Assembly: GCA_951406725.2 (NCBI GenBank)
Contig: OX597832.1
Coordinates: 49,476,001 to 49,540,000 of the forward strand
Length of the DNA stretch: 64,000 nucleotides
Direction: 5' to 3'
Origin: Octopus vulgaris
Taxonomy: Eukaryota
The position numbers and the translations under genes are program-made. The notes beneath the pieces are model-generated. The model saw nothing but the letters and a program-made list of their open reading frames with translations, was not told the origin of the DNA and searched no databases. Shown in pieces: positions 1-13,140 of this stretch; within the stretch, counting starts at the first letter, position 1, and every line of letters starts with the position of its first letter.

Positions 1-14
1 GTCGCTTGTGTGTG

Positions 15-88
<74 letters not shown>

Positions 89-159
89 GTGTTATGTAAA
101 TATATATTAATATATATATATGAAATTAGTGTTGAAAAATATAAATACGACATACTCCA

Positions 160-218
160 AATCGGCTTACGACCTATCAGTTGGAACGGAATTCGGTCGT
201 AAGTCGAGAAGGCATGTA
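160..218 (-). mobile_element. pogo/Tigger-like DNA transposon terminal remnant
   Basis: Minus strand reads TA-CATGCCTTCTCGACTTACGACC...GGTCGTAAGCCGA. The internal inverted repeat resembles Tigger-type termini as recalled. Confidence 0.4.
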
Positions 219-404
219 TATATTTGTGTGTGTGTATGTATGTTTGTGTATGTGTTTGTATTTATGCTAATATAGCGGTTCAGCAAAAGAGACCGATAGA
301 TTAAGTACCAGGTTTTAAAAATAGTAAGCACTGCGGTCAATTCATTCAGCTAAAACCTTTGACGGGTAAAAAGACATGAGACGCAACTAAAAGACATGCG
401 ACGT

Positions 405-469
405 GTGTATGTGTGTGCGTACGCGCCTGTATAGATATATATTTACGTATATGTATGTATTTATATATA

Positions 470-540
<71 letters not shown>

Positions 541-685
541 GTATATATAGGTATATATATGCGCATATATATGTCTATATACATGTACATATATATATAC
601 ATATGTCTACATATATATACATATATACATATGCGCATATATATGTCTATATATATGTATATATATATACATATATATAGACATA

Positions 686-725
<40 letters not shown>

Positions 726-750
726 GGTCCCGGGTTGAGTCGGGGTTAAC

Positions 751-788
<38 letters not shown>

Positions 789-1410
789 TATATGTATGTT
801 CATATACATATTATATATACGTATATATCTATATGTATTTATATGTATATATGAACATACATATATGTGTATGTATGTATAAAGATATATATAGATATAA
901 ATATACACATACATACAATGCAATATATATATATACTCAGCCATACTCTGGCCTCGATACGTATGTGTAATAGTGTATATATGTATGTAGAGTGTATATA
1001 TGTATACATATATCTATGTATGTATGTATACATATATGTATGTATGCATGTATGTATGTATGTATGTATGTATGTATGTACGTACGTACGTATGTATGTG
1101 TGTATGTATGTATGTATGTATGTATGTGTGTATGTATGTATGTATGCATGTATGTATGTATGTATGTATGTATGTACGTACGTATGTGTGTGTGTATTTA
1201 TGCATGTATGTATGTGTGTATGTATGTATGTATGTATGCATGTATGTATGTATGTACGTACGTATGTATGTGTGTATTTATGCATGTATGTATGTATGTA
1301 TGTATGTATGTAAGTATGTATGTATGTATGTATGTATGTATGTATGTACGTACGTACGTATGTATGTGTGTATGTGTGTATGTATGTATGTATGCGTGTG
1401 TGTGTATGCC
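405..1410. repeat. compound (TA)n/(TG)n/(TATG)n microsatellite
   Basis: Directly visible; it is the source of the spurious YI/MYVC ORFs. Confidence 0.95.
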
Positions 1411-2021
1411 TGTCTGTATCCATGTGTTTTTGTTTATATCTGTTGCGTTTGAGTGGATGGAATTCGGTGCACGCTTTCACTTCATGCATTTTTAGGCTTG
1501 AAAGATATCTGTAAACAATGTTGATGTTAATTTAATGTTGGGAATTATGTCCTGCCTCCACAGAGGCGCCAGATTAGTGTATGAAAGAAAGGTATTTTGT
1601 TATGTTTATTATGCTAGCAAACGAAGAGGAAAAAATGTTCAGTTAAGCTCCTGGCCACACTTTCAAATGTGACATACTTAGCTTGGCGAGTTTGTTTTGG
1701 TGTTCGAAAGCGTTTTAAGTACAAACGTAAGTACACATCACACGCGAGATTTGGGTATTTATTTTATTTCACGAACAAAAGTGCGAATGCGCCAACAGAT
1801 GATAAATTTCGCTTAAGATGGGATTGCTGAATATCCCAGACCGTGGAGTCCGATGGCCAAAGGCAGGCATTCTAATCGTGATGGTACAGTGTTATGCTTT
1901 GTATTTTTCGTGATGCTTTTTATCTTAAGAATACATTGTCCAATGAGACAAATCTTAAGAATTGGTAGGCTGTGATAATTCAAATAGAGGTCCAGCTGCT
2001 ATTTCTAACAGATGGAGTGGC

Positions 2022-2223
<202 letters not shown>

Positions 2224-2300
2224 AATAAAAATGAAAAATAAATTGTAAAAAAGCAAGACATTTGGTATTATTCGAAAGCATTGATACTCAGATAACGATA

Positions 2301-2335
<35 letters not shown>

Positions 2336-3436
2336 GAAGTATGGTTGTCCAGAACTCCAGAAAATACGAACGTACATCCCCTTGCCAATAAATGCATGGT
2401 CTAACATCTAGAAAATGTTGTGTTTGGCAAGTACAGTAGATATCAGCTACATTGCTCATTTTTCTCAAATTTGACCCCTCACTTTGAAATCTATATAATT
2501 ATTCTTAAGTCATTCTGAAGGAAAATATGTTCTGTATTTTACACGTATGATTTTGCTATTGCTAGTGTTTCCATTGTTGTTGTGCCAGATTCACATCAGC
2601 CCTTATCAAATCGACATATGATCAGAGGTGTGTCATCCTGTTTTATTTTCAGACATTGATTACCCGTAACTACATGGCATAAATTATCTTTCGTTTTCTG
2701 AGGTAGTATTGTGTGATTTGAGCGAGATATGGGGTGTATTTTCAGCTGGTTGAATCAGCGTGTAGAGAACTCAAGATGTTAACTACAAGGGAATCTTTTG
2801 AATCGAGACAAAAAAGTCACATAGTCTGAATTTTATATTTAGTACATGTTACTCAAGCTAAGTGTGCCTTTATATAAGTATGTAGATGCGCACGCGTGTG
2901 TGTGTCTGAGTGTAATTTCTATTTATTTTTTTATTCTTATATTTTTATCAAAAAATATATACATAGTCTTTTGTTATTAAGTCTTTCCTAAAAACCAATT
3001 ACTACAATTCCTTTCGTGCGACTGAAATGAAAAGAAAACATTGTTGTTTTTGAGCGCAAATTACTCACTTCTGACACCATTTTCTACCGGCATACTCATT
3101 AGCGTCCCCAATGTTTCAATTCTAGAAGGGAGATTCTAAGTGTTTTTTGGTTATTTTTTCCTTTCAGATATATTCCTTGTTATTCTAATTGTTGTTACCG
3201 TTAAGACTTAGGAGTCGTTACGAAAGTTATTTATCAACTGTTCTTTCTCATTACTTCTTTTTTTTTTTTGTCGTTGGTGGTGGCCTTATATTTGGCTTTA
3301 TATTATCAGTGTTGGTATTCTTTGTAGATTTGCCATGAAACAAATTATACTCGTGTTTGACATAGTCAGTCTATTTGCTTTTCTAGTTGTTGCGGTTATC
3401 ATTATTATCATTGTTGTTGTCGTTGTTGGTGGTGTT

Positions 3437-3608
3437 GTTATTTCGTCCGTCGCTACGTTCTGAGTTCAAATTCTGCCAAGGTCGACTTTGCCTTCCATCC
3501 TTTCGAAGTCGATAAATTAAGTACCAGTTGCGTACTGGGATCGTTCTAATCGACTGGCCCCGCTCCCCCAAATTTCAGACCTTCTGCCAATAGCAGAAGG
3601 GATTATTG
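3437..3608 (+). mobile_element. SINE family B (tRNA head, Nin/Deu-like central domain), 5'-truncated
   Basis: B-box GAGTTCAAATTC and core GGTCGACTTTGCCTTCCATCCTTTCG..GTCGATAAATTAAGTACCAG, shared with more than 15 copies in the window. Confidence 0.85.
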
Positions 3609-3828
3609 TTGTTTATCGCCAAGTGTAGACGTGTCACGAAACCTCTTTGGGTTATTGATTTGTTTTCATTGTTATAAGTCTATTTTTTCTTTTACTTTGT
3701 TTTTGTTATATAGTTTTTCTTCTTTTGAGCAGACTATGAAGGTTTGAACAAAAGATAATCTTATCTGCCCGAAGTTGGCGAAATTTCGAAAAGAAAATAT
3801 TTCTTTTCGAAATATTGAAAATTTTAAT

Positions 3829-3874
3829 ATGGCGTCGTCTTCGTCGCCAAACCAAGAAGCGGGGAATGTGGGCG
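3829..3874 (+). CDS. candidate first coding exon MASSSSPNQEAGNVG(G), unknown gene
   Basis: Pyrimidine-rich acceptor ending cag at 3731, ATG at 3829, weak GT donors at 3875 or 3887. The peptide resembles the one at 16164. Confidence 0.25.
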
Positions 3875-4030
3875 GTAGTTTTGAAGGTGAAATTATCTTT
3901 GGCAATTAATTCCCCCTGTCTAATCTATCAAACACGGAAAGAAATGGTAGCAGCAGAATCAACAACATCAACATCACCACCAACAACAATCGACAGAAAC
4001 AACTCCGACCAAAGCAACAGCAACAACGAA

Positions 4031-4225
4031 AGTGGAAGCGCAATGGTCCAGTGGTTAGAGTAGCGGACTCGCGGTCGAGAGAACGCGGTTTCGATTCCCA
4101 GACCGGGCATTGTGAGTGTTTATTGAGCAAAAAGACCTAAGCTCTACGAGGCTCCGACGGGTGAGGGGGTGAACCCCACTGTACTCTTTCACCACAACTT
4201 TCTCTCACTCTTTCTTCCTACTTCT
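4031..4225 (+). mobile_element. SINE family C (tRNA-Arg-like head)
   Basis: Head GTGGAAGCGCAATGGTCCAGTGGTTAG..GACTCGCGGTC..GGTTTCGATTCCC with A/B boxes and TCG at the anticodon position. Confidence 0.85.
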
Positions 4226-4710
4226 GCCACAAAGCAAAGGAACCATGGTGTAACCCACTATGGTGTGGTAAACTTTCAGACCCTAGTCTAGATTGCGAAT
4301 CCTTGTACCCCAGGATGGTTCAGCTCTCCACCCATTAAAATGCCACTGTTTACGGAATGAGGATAACAACGTAGCTTTCGCGCCCGTGCAACTGCCAGTC
4401 TATTGCGTGTGGTGGGTGGATTTTCAAGTTGCCACACGCATTCTTAGTAGCTTAGAGTAGGCTCGAATTAGAGATTATTCTTTCTGGCTAATGAGGTGTG
4501 TCTTGATTGGAAGAACAAGAAGAAGAACAGCAACAACGAACAAGACAAATAATAATAAGAAGAAAAAGCAAATTCTTCATACAAAACACGTGCAAAATTA
4601 ACCAACGCCCTCATTAACGCCAGCACAGACGCTGAAAACGACAAAAACCAGTAATCAAGCACAAGAAAGTGTAAAGCTATCAATGGATGATTTTTAAAAA
4701 ATGCAGGAAG

Positions 4711-5093
4711 GAAGCACTCCGTCGGTTACGACGATGAGGGTTCCGGTTGATCCGAATCAACGGAACAGCCTGCTCGTGAAATTAACGTGTAAGTGGCTGA
4801 GCACTCCACAGACACGTGTACCCTTAATGTAGTTCTCGGGGATATTCAGCGTGACACAGAGAGTGACAAGGCCGGCCCTTCGAAATACAGGTACAACAGA
4901 AACAGGAAGTAAGAGTGAGATAAAGTTGTGGTGAAAGAGTACAGCAGGGATCACCACCATCCCCTGCCGGAGCCTCGTGGAGCTTTAGGTGTTTTCGCTC
5001 AATAAACACTCACAACGCCCGGTCTGGGAATCGAAACCGCGATCCTATGACCGCGAGTCCGCTGCCCTAACCACTGGGCCATTGCACCTCCAC
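4711..5093 (-). mobile_element. SINE family C, full length, with target-site duplication
   Basis: Same head on the minus strand. It is flanked by TAAAAAATGCA(G/A)GAA at about 4695 and 5095. Confidence 0.9.
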
Positions 5094-5324
5094 CTAAAAA
5101 ATGCAAGAAACATGTTAAAAAGTAATGGAAGAAGGGCTACGCTTAACATCTCTGAAACCATTGTAGAGGACACACGCAGAAAAAACAATAACATACAAAA
5201 CGATAGAAGTAAACTAGAACGGGCAACACAGCCACAAACTGATGAAAATTGAACTCAGAGACTGAAAATGCTGCCAGTTCTGTGCATATAAGTTTGTTTG
5301 CATTGCGTGTGTTTGAAAGCATGT

Positions 5325-5890
5325 GTCTGTATGTATGTACGTATGTATGTATGTATGTATGTATGTATGTATGTATGTACGCGTGTTTGTATGTATGTCT
5401 GTCTGTCTGTATGTATGTATGTATGTATGTATGTATGCATGTATGTAGTTAAGTATGTATGTATGTATCTATGTATGTATGTATGTACGTATGTATGTAT
5501 GTATGTATGCATGCATGCATGTATGTATGTATGTATGTATGTATGCATGCATGCATGTAAGTATGTATGTATGTATGTATGTATGCATGTATATATGTAT
5601 GTATGCATGTATATATGTATGTATGTATGTATGCATGTATGCATGTATGTATGTATGTATGTATGTATGCATTATGTAGTTAAGTATGTATGTATGTATG
5701 TATGTATGTATGTATGCATGTATGCATGTATGCATGTATGTATGTACGCATGTATGTATGCATGTATGTAGTTAAGTATGTATGTATGTATGCATGTATG
5801 CATGTATGTATGTACTATGTGTATGTATGTATGTAATTATGTGTGTATGTGTGCATGCATGTGCAGATCTGTATGTTTTATGTATGTATC
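5325..5890. repeat. (TATG)n microsatellite
   Basis: Directly visible; a second block lies at 6162-6715. Confidence 0.95.
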
Positions 5891-5927
5891 CTCATGAATA
5901 TAGTTGTATATCTAGACATACTCGTAT

Positions 5928-6160
5928 TTAAATGATAAACTTCTGGGAAGTTTTACAGATTTTTACTGTTCCAGTGATGGATTGGATCTGTAGTCTTCGA
6001 ATTAGCTTTTTTCTTTCTGGTTCTGAGAAGCGTATTTTCTCAAAATTGGTATTTAGGTAGTGTGCTACGTATCCCAGGTCTACAATAATTACAGGTATAA
6101 ATCTGAACTTGTAATCTGGATAGAGTAACTGCAGATTTCTCAATAGTTCAGCATAGATGT
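5928..6160 (-). mobile_element. 3' end of a restriction-like-endonuclease (R4/NeSL-type) non-LTR retrotransposon
   Basis: YAELLRNLQLLYPDYKFRFIPVIIVDLGYV...IQSITGTVKICKT resembles the REL C-terminus (PVIIGALG motif). Confidence 0.7.
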
Positions 6161-6474
6161 TCTATGTATGTATGTATGTATGTATGTATGTATGTATGTA
6201 TGTATGTATGTATGTATGTATGTATGTATGTATGTATGTTTGTATTATGTCTGCATCATGTCTGCATATATGCATATATATATGTATATATATATACATA
6301 TATGCATACAAGTATATATATATATGTATGTGTGCATTTATGTATGCATACATGTATTCATGTATGTGTTTATATAATCAAGTATGTATGTATGCATATA
6401 TATATGTATATATATGTATGCATGCATATCTGCATGTCTGCATGTTTGTATTAATGTATGCATGTTTGTGTATG

Positions 6475-6505
<31 letters not shown>

Positions 6506-6724
6506 TTATGTATGTATGTATGTATGTATGTATGTATGTATGCATGTATGTATGTGTGTATGTATGTATGTATGTATGTATGTATGTATGTATGTATGTA
6601 TGTATGTATTTATGTATGCATGTATGTATGTATGTATGTATGTATGTAGTTAAGTATGTATGTAGTTAAGTATGTATGTATGTATGTATGTATGTATGCA
6701 TGTATGTATGCATACATGTGCTTA

Positions 6725-7065
6725 TGAACAGTGGGTCATAAGCTTCTTTCTCTACACCACATCACCGATATTGGACTTCATTGCTTCGAGCTGCTTGCTG
6801 ATGTCTTTCAATGACCCTCTAGTGTTGCCGTCGATGATATCCTTGACCTTCATGAAGAAATCAGCCATCTTGATAGCTTACGACATTTGAAAATGCTTGT
6901 GTTTCGCTTCCCCGGAAGCCTCTAGCTCTTTCTCAACCTTGAACCAGAGAACCAAAATAACTACGTTCAAGTACCAGGCGATATCCGAGTTGCTATTGTT
7001 CGGCACCAGAGCTACGAGTATGGCGCACTTTTTGATTTCCTGTGTCAGATAGGAATCTGCCATGT
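6725..7065 (-). mobile_element. degraded Tc1/mariner-superfamily (maT/DD37D-like) transposase N-terminus
   Basis: KKCAILVALVPNNSNSDIAWYLNV..FKVEKELEASG, then FFMKVKDIIDGNTRGSLKDISKQL, giving two HTH-like segments with stops. Confidence 0.6.
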
Positions 7066-7384
7066 TGGTGTAGTTGATATGTCTGAAAAAGTTAAAAGAG
7101 AAAGGAAAAATTTAGAGCATGACGTGTAACAGTACTTAAGCTCGTTTCCCGGTATACGAATTTGACGGTTTAATAAAAATGGATGTCTGAAAAATTAAAA
7201 CAGAAAAAATGATAAATCAAACCGGCCCTCATTGCAAGGCAAATTTTCAAGATTTGGAAGGGGAATTTTTTTTTTAATTGAGGAAGGGGAAAAAAGAAAT
7301 TTACAATGTTTTTTGCAAAATAATAATACATATATACAAAATTTAATAAATAAGTATACCAATACATTGTAGTGTCTTTATGTT

Positions 7385-8100
7385 TTAGAGTCCAATATTA
7401 GTCCATGGAAAAGCTTCTTTGGAGGATTAGGATGTATGTGTTTAAGTGTAGTGTTTTGTTTGAAAAGGTTGGGTGTTTGTGTGTCGAAAAAGGAAATGGG
7501 GTGGGAGTTATACAGTTCCTGTGAATAAGGGGAGACAATTCTGTGGATTTTATGTTCTTTAAGTGGAATGCTGGATTTTTTGTCAAACAGGATGCTTATA
7601 TCAATTTTTTGTCAGACAGGATGCTAGAAAAAGGAATATGATCACCGTGGAGCTTGCATACTAAGAAGCGTTTTGGAATTTTTCAATAAAAAGATTCTCC
7701 TTGTTGATTCTTTCTTGTGTAGAGATTCTGTCTTTACATTGATAGAAAGGGAATATATGAAATTTGGGATTTTTATTTCTCGCGCATGAGTCTATGTGGC
7801 TACTGAGTGGAATTTGACGGTATTGTGGGAGATTTATCTGTTGTTTATGGACTGCTACTCTTCTGCGTAAAGGGAGGCTCGTTTGTCCGACATAATTGTG
7901 TTGGCAACCGGCGCATGTAAGAACGTAGATGAGGTTCTCGGAGGAACAGGAAGAAGTTGGTCTTGATTTTAAACTTTGTTCCTTGTAAAAGTAAATTCAG
8001 AGCCTTCAAGTAGGAAGGGGCAGATACCACAGTTAGAGCGTGAACATTTTTTTAATTGATGGGGGTGGATGCGGTGTGTGAACTTTGGCATTTGCTAAGA
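7385..8100 (-). mobile_element. decayed Penelope-like element (GIY-YIG C-terminal region)
   Basis: KSTELSPLIH...HPTFSNKT resembles the PLE C-terminal STELSKYIW..PYSN motif. HHR motifs lie upstream on the same strand. Confidence 0.45.
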
Positions 8101-8325
8101 GTTTTTTCAAAGATATATATATATATGTAAGTATGTATATATATATATAATTGTATGTATATATGTATGTATATATATAATTAATCAAAGGGCATACTAA
8201 GTATGTCTACCTGCTGGAATTCTTATTTAAATCGCCGAAAATACACTGATAATAACTACAGAAATCAACCATCTGTGAGCAAACGAGCTAAGACAATCTC
8301 TCAACATACATTCAAGTATTTGGAC

Positions 8326-8378
8326 TCACATGGACCGGTTCCTGAACTGGCATTATAGCTTCACCTTCCTCAGCACAC
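8326..8378 (-). ncRNA. minimal type I hammerhead motif, GAAA mutated to GGAA
   Basis: Minus strand: cgtgtg CTGAGGA a..tgaagct/agttca GGAAC CG GTC catgtg, with palindromic stem III ACCGGT. Confidence 0.5.
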
Positions 8379-8465
8379 GTTATCATTTTTAATTGTTACA
8401 CTAGATAATAACAGAATCAATATCTTCGCAAATATTTTCTCCTGAATTATTTGATCCTTACACAC

Positions 8466-8534
<69 letters not shown>

Positions 8535-8535
<1 letters not shown>

Positions 8536-8727
8536 TTTATTTTAAGCAGCAGAAAATTCAACAAAATCTGTTACTCTGAGTTTCTCGTTGCCGTTCATCA
8601 GACAACGAGAAACTCAGAGTAACAGATTTTGTTGAATTTTCTGCTGCTTAAAATAAAGCATATTACTCTACCACTGGTATTTGAGTACTCTTTTTTCCAC
8701 CTTGTTTCACATTTATGTGTTTACTCC

Positions 8728-8730
<3 letters not shown>
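8535..8730. mobile_element. PLE-like inverted pseudo-LTR hairpin in (TA)n
   Basis: Perfect 56-bp inverted repeat 8535-8590/8603-8658 with a 12-nt spacer and an HHR at the apex. Confidence 0.75.
8568..8605 (-). ncRNA. minimal type I hammerhead ribozyme motif (C3:G8)
   Basis: Minus strand: ttgt CTGATGA ACG GCAA CGA GAAAC TCAGA GTA acag. Confidence 0.6.
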
Positions 8731-8787
<57 letters not shown>

Positions 8788-8793
<6 letters not shown>

Positions 8794-9000
8794 GGGTACA
8801 GAAAAGTCCCTGGCTGTGGGTAAAAAAAAATACAAGAGGATCAGCTAATTATTATCCTATCAAACTCTCTCAGATTCACAAACTTTTTCACGCGATCCCT
8901 CAAATTTTCTAAGCCTTGTAATAGAATTCGGAAGGCTGGGCCTCCAATCTGGCCGTTTGTGGTATTCTTAAATGAAAGACCTTTTCAGTACCCCACTCGT
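8788..9000 (-). mobile_element. mariner-derived MITE
   Basis: TIR-like ends GAGGGGTACAGAAAAG / CTTTTCAGTACCCC(A)CTCGTA, with a decayed transposase C-terminus (QPSEFYYKA) on the minus strand. Confidence 0.6.
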
Positions 9001-9010
9001 ATGTATATAT

Positions 9011-9105
<95 letters not shown>

Positions 9106-9339
9106 CACCGAGCCGTTGATTGTTTTTAGTTTATAATCCGATGTTTATTTATGCAGATAAGAAAAAGCTCGACAACTTCTCTTACCTGAAGAATATCCTG
9201 CTGCTTAACTTGTTGCTTCCTATCTCTTATCGTTTATTATTCTTCAGATATTCTTTACCATTTTCAACTCCTCATCTTTCGATAATCTTACTTAACTTTA
9301 TTATATTCCATTGTTTTTAACTTTTGATTTCTATCTTTT

Positions 9340-9990
9340 ATTATTATTATTATTATTCAGTAGTCCTATTTTTATCACATGCTTTCACTGCGTTATCGAG
9401 CGCAGCTCTGTGTGCCTTGGGTATGTGCTGTGGTCTTTTGCGGTGCTCTTATTTTCACTGCTTTGAAAGTGCTTTTCGTAGGATGTATGCGGTGTCTATT
9501 AGTTCTATTTTCTGTATGTTATATACATCTGTAAGTTCAGGTGTTTTGGTTATGCATTTGTCTGAATGTTTTTAATAATACCTTGAGACCCCCTTCGGTC
9601 ATGACTGACTGTTGGATTGTACCTAGAATGTTACCCTCCCAGGCACAAGTCCGGGCAAGGTTGCTTATGGAAGTCCAACAGTCGCCCATGCACACCGGCC
9701 TCCTCTCTCCACGCCACCAATGTTATCCAAGAGAAGAGCAACAGCAGATATAGCTTGGCACCTGTGACGTCGCAACTCATTTCTACAGCTGAGTGAACTG
9801 GAGCAACGTGAAATAAAGTGTCTTGCTCAAGAACACAACACGCAGCCCGGTCCGGGATTCGAACTCACAACCTCATGATCGTAAGCTCGACGCTCTAAGC
9901 CTTCACATTATTATTATTATAATCATACCTAATACACCTATTATTATATGGATTGTTTCTGTTTTCAGGCTCCACATTCGGATTACCTCT
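9340..9990 (-). mobile_element. R4/Dong-like LINE 3' end interrupted by a SINE
   Basis: Homologous to 28240-28510 (3'UTR CACATACCCAAGGCACACAGAGCTGCGCTCG and (TAA)n tail), split at 9582-9900. Confidence 0.85.
9582..9900 (-). mobile_element. SINE family D (tRNA head, CORE-like domain)
   Basis: B-box GAGTTCGAATCCC on the minus strand and CORE-like GTTCTTGAGCAAGACACTT. A related copy lies at 63530-63760. Confidence 0.8.
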
Positions 9991-10146
9991 TTAAGGTCAA
10001 ACATCTGACAAGCAAATCTGTGGTATTGAGCAGAATATTTGCTGTGGCCCATCTTTTATACCAAGACAAAATAATGTACATGATAACACTTCCAGTCAGT
10101 TAAGATCAGAGGCCGCGAGAGCCACTGCCTGGTACTGCATCAGGGC

Positions 10147-10281
<135 letters not shown>

Positions 10282-10292
10282 CATTATTATTA

Positions 10293-10325
<33 letters not shown>

Positions 10326-10327
<2 letters not shown>

Positions 10328-10872
10328 GAGTGAGAGAGCAGTGCATGCCATCAAAGTGACACTGGGGTAAAATATACGAAGCCCAATATACCCATCATGA
10401 CTACCCGTCTGATAAAGGTACACCAGGCACATGCATCACAACCATATGTGCGCGACATGGTGATCTCATATCAAGATAAACAGCACATGACCTTGCAGGT
10501 GGGGCCCAGTTAGAATTTTCTTCAGGTTGAGTAGCCCATCCCGCTCAAAAGGTCCCTGAATAAGGGTTGTTTAAGGATGTTGAAAGAACCACCCATGTTT
10601 CCAGAGGTGAATTATTCAAACCCCCAAAGAATCCCTCTCAACACATGGCTATGATGCTCCCCCACTACTTCTGCTCGTGATCAGAGATGCACATATCGTC
10701 AGCCACTAAGGGACATGCTCAACTGGTTAAGGTCAAACAACTGACAAGCAAATCTGTGGTATTGAGCAGAATATTTGCTGTGGCCCATCTTTTATACCAA
10801 GACAAAACAATGTACATGATAACACTTCCAATCAGTTAAGATCAGAAGCCATGAGAGCCACTGCCTGGTACT
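10326..10872 (-). mobile_element. unclassified ~560-bp non-coding interspersed repeat embedded in (TAA)n
   Basis: Near-identical partial copies at 9991-10150 and 12340-12697; every retained end abuts a (TAA)n run. Confidence 0.8.
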
Positions 10873-11094
10873 ATTATTATTATTTATCATGATTAATGAT
10901 TTTACATATATTACTAAAACAAAAAATAATGATAATAATAAACAATATGTAGGAGTTAACAAGACTTTCGGACCACCCTGTAGATGTCACTTACCCAAAG
11001 GTACCACGCAGTAAAAGTGAACCCGGAACCACGCGGTTGGGAAGCAAGCTTCTTACCACACAGCCACGCCTGCACCTATTCATTTTTTTTTATT

Positions 11095-11462
11095 CATTTA
11101 CTTGTTTCAGTCATTTGACTATGGCCATGCTAGAGCATCGCCTTTAGTCGAGGAAATCGACCCCAGGACTTATACTTTGTAAGCCTAGTACTTATTCTTT
11201 CGCCGAACCTCTAAGTTACGGGGACATAAACACACCAGCATCGGTTGTCAAGCGATGTTCAAACATACAGATATATATATATATATATACATATATACGG
11301 CGGGTTTCTTTCAGTTTCCGTCTACCAAATCCATTCACAAGGCTTTGGTCGGCCCGAGGCTATAGCAGAGGACACTTGCCCAAGGTGCCACGCAGTGGGA
11401 ATGAACCCGGAACCATGTGGTTGGTAAACAAGCTACTTACCACACAGCCACTCCTACGCCTA
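11095..11462 (-). mobile_element. SINE family A (tRNA head, CORE-like motif, internal TA/TG microsatellite, GAGTAAAA tail)
   Basis: Head GGCG(C/T)AGGAGTGGCTGTGTGGTAAG..GGGTTCA, then GGCACCTTGGGCAAGTGTC. About 20 copies or fragments occur in the window. Confidence 0.9.
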
Positions 11463-12186
11463 TGTGTCGGTATATTTCACGGAGGCAGGCTTGTCCATCG
11501 GAGTATTCGACAGGTCACCCGATTAAGCGTCATCAATAACCGAGCCGTTTAGCAATCAAATCTGTATGAAATTGATCGTCTCCTGGAATGAATTATTTTC
11601 GGTTATTTGCATAAGACTTTTCCTGGCTTTTAGTAAAAATTTTAGTGCAATATAGCATAAAATCGAACGTTTATTTGCTATGAATAAAGCAACTCTGGAA
11701 GCTTTCGCTTTCATGATATATTAAAATTACATCAGTCACTACTTCATGTTTACTGACTGTCGATTTCAAAAGAGTTAAATAAAATCAAACCATTTTACCT
11801 TTTCAAAAGAATTGAAGATTATCAATGTTCAGCTTCCAAATAGCCAAATTGTTATATATTCCTCTAATAAAGAAATCTACGCTGTAGATGAAATGGTTTT
11901 CAAATTATAGTTTTTATTTTCAATCATGGACGTATTTTGTTGCTTTCTATATATTTGTAGACTAAGTATAAACTTTTTTTTTCTTTTTTTCTTTTGGCCG
12001 AGGTTAACAAATTGGTTCTGGCTCTCTACGTCCTACGTTCAAATACTGCCGATGTCGAATTTGATTTTCATCCTTTCGGAGTCGATAAATTAAGTACCAG
12101 TGAAATAATGAGGTCGATGTAACCGATTATTCCCCTCCCCCAAATTTCAGGCCTTGTACCTATAATAGAAAGGATTATTATTATTA

Positions 12187-12257
<71 letters not shown>

Positions 12258-12261
12258 GTTA

Positions 12262-12302
<41 letters not shown>

Positions 12303-12339
12303 GCTGTTGTTGTTGTTATCATTATTATTATTATTATTA

Positions 12340-12697
12340 TTGAGTGAGAGAGCAGTGCATGCCATCAAAGTGACACTGGGGTAAAATATATGAAGCTCAG
12401 TATACCCATCATGACTACCCGTCTGATAAGGGTACACCAAGCACACAAATCACAACCATATGTGCGCGATATGGTGATTTCATATCAAGATAAACAGTGC
12501 ATTGCCTTGCAGGTGGATCCCAGTTAGAATTTTCTTCTGGTCGAGTAGCCCATCCCGCTCAAAAGGTCCCTGAATAAGAGTCGATTAAGGTTGATTAACC
12601 AAAAACTCATGTTTCCAGAGGTAAGTTATTCAAACCCCAAAGAATCCCCTCTTAACACATGGCTGTGATGCTCCCTCACAACTCCTGCTCGTGATCA
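12340..12697 (-). mobile_element. truncated copy of the (TAA)n-associated 560-bp repeat
   Basis: Aligns to 10326-10683. Confidence 0.8.
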
Positions 12698-12764
12698 AGT
12701 AGGTAGGTAGGTAGGTAGGTAGGTAGGTAGGTAGGTAGGTATGTAGGTAGGTAGGTAATAGGTA

Positions 12765-13140
12765 GGCCCAGCGATACTGGGGTCCCTGGTTCGGGAGTTC
12801 CAGGATTTTGGAGATTGTGGAACCACCTCTTAGCCACTTTTGTTTCCAGTTCTGCTCTGACTCGAGGTAGTAGCACTTGTCAGGGTCCCGGCTATAGACT
12901 GAATAGCAAGTGGCCCGCTGGAAGTGAAGGACCTCAGTTCTCGTTAGAGCTTCCTCGAAAGGTAAAGTACAGTTGGTTTCTGGTCGTCTCAGCCTCTGCT
13001 GCGCCACTGGTGTTGTAGCTGATAATTCGGCTGAAGTGGACTCAGTGCTGTGCAACACTTCACCCACTCAAAGCAAATTCATGCACAAGAGCTTCTTAGA
13101 CTCGGAACGTTTACACGGACTTACTGAGTTTAGGAAATGG
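12765..13140 (+). mobile_element. possible 5' part of an RTE/CR1-like LINE after (GTAG)n
   Basis: GC-balanced segment; LRLGTF at about 13095 resembles the APE start motif LRIGTFNVRTL. Weak evidence. Confidence 0.25.

Noticed and set aside
4031-4105. tRNA-like sequences at SINE heads
   Set aside because: The acceptor stems are broken and they run into SINE bodies, so they are not functional tRNA genes.
10740-10790. GGGCCACAGCA (minus strand) resembling the start of the CPEB3 HDV-like ribozyme
   Set aside because: Only a simple AGCAAAT/ATTTGCT hairpin is present; no P1/P3/P4 nested pseudoknot can be built.
10970-10990. ACCCTGTAGAT resembling the miR-10 5' end
   Set aside because: The match stops after 11 nt and there is no hairpin. 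It reads better as a Tc1/mariner terminus (TACAGGGTGGTCCGAAAG on the minus strand).
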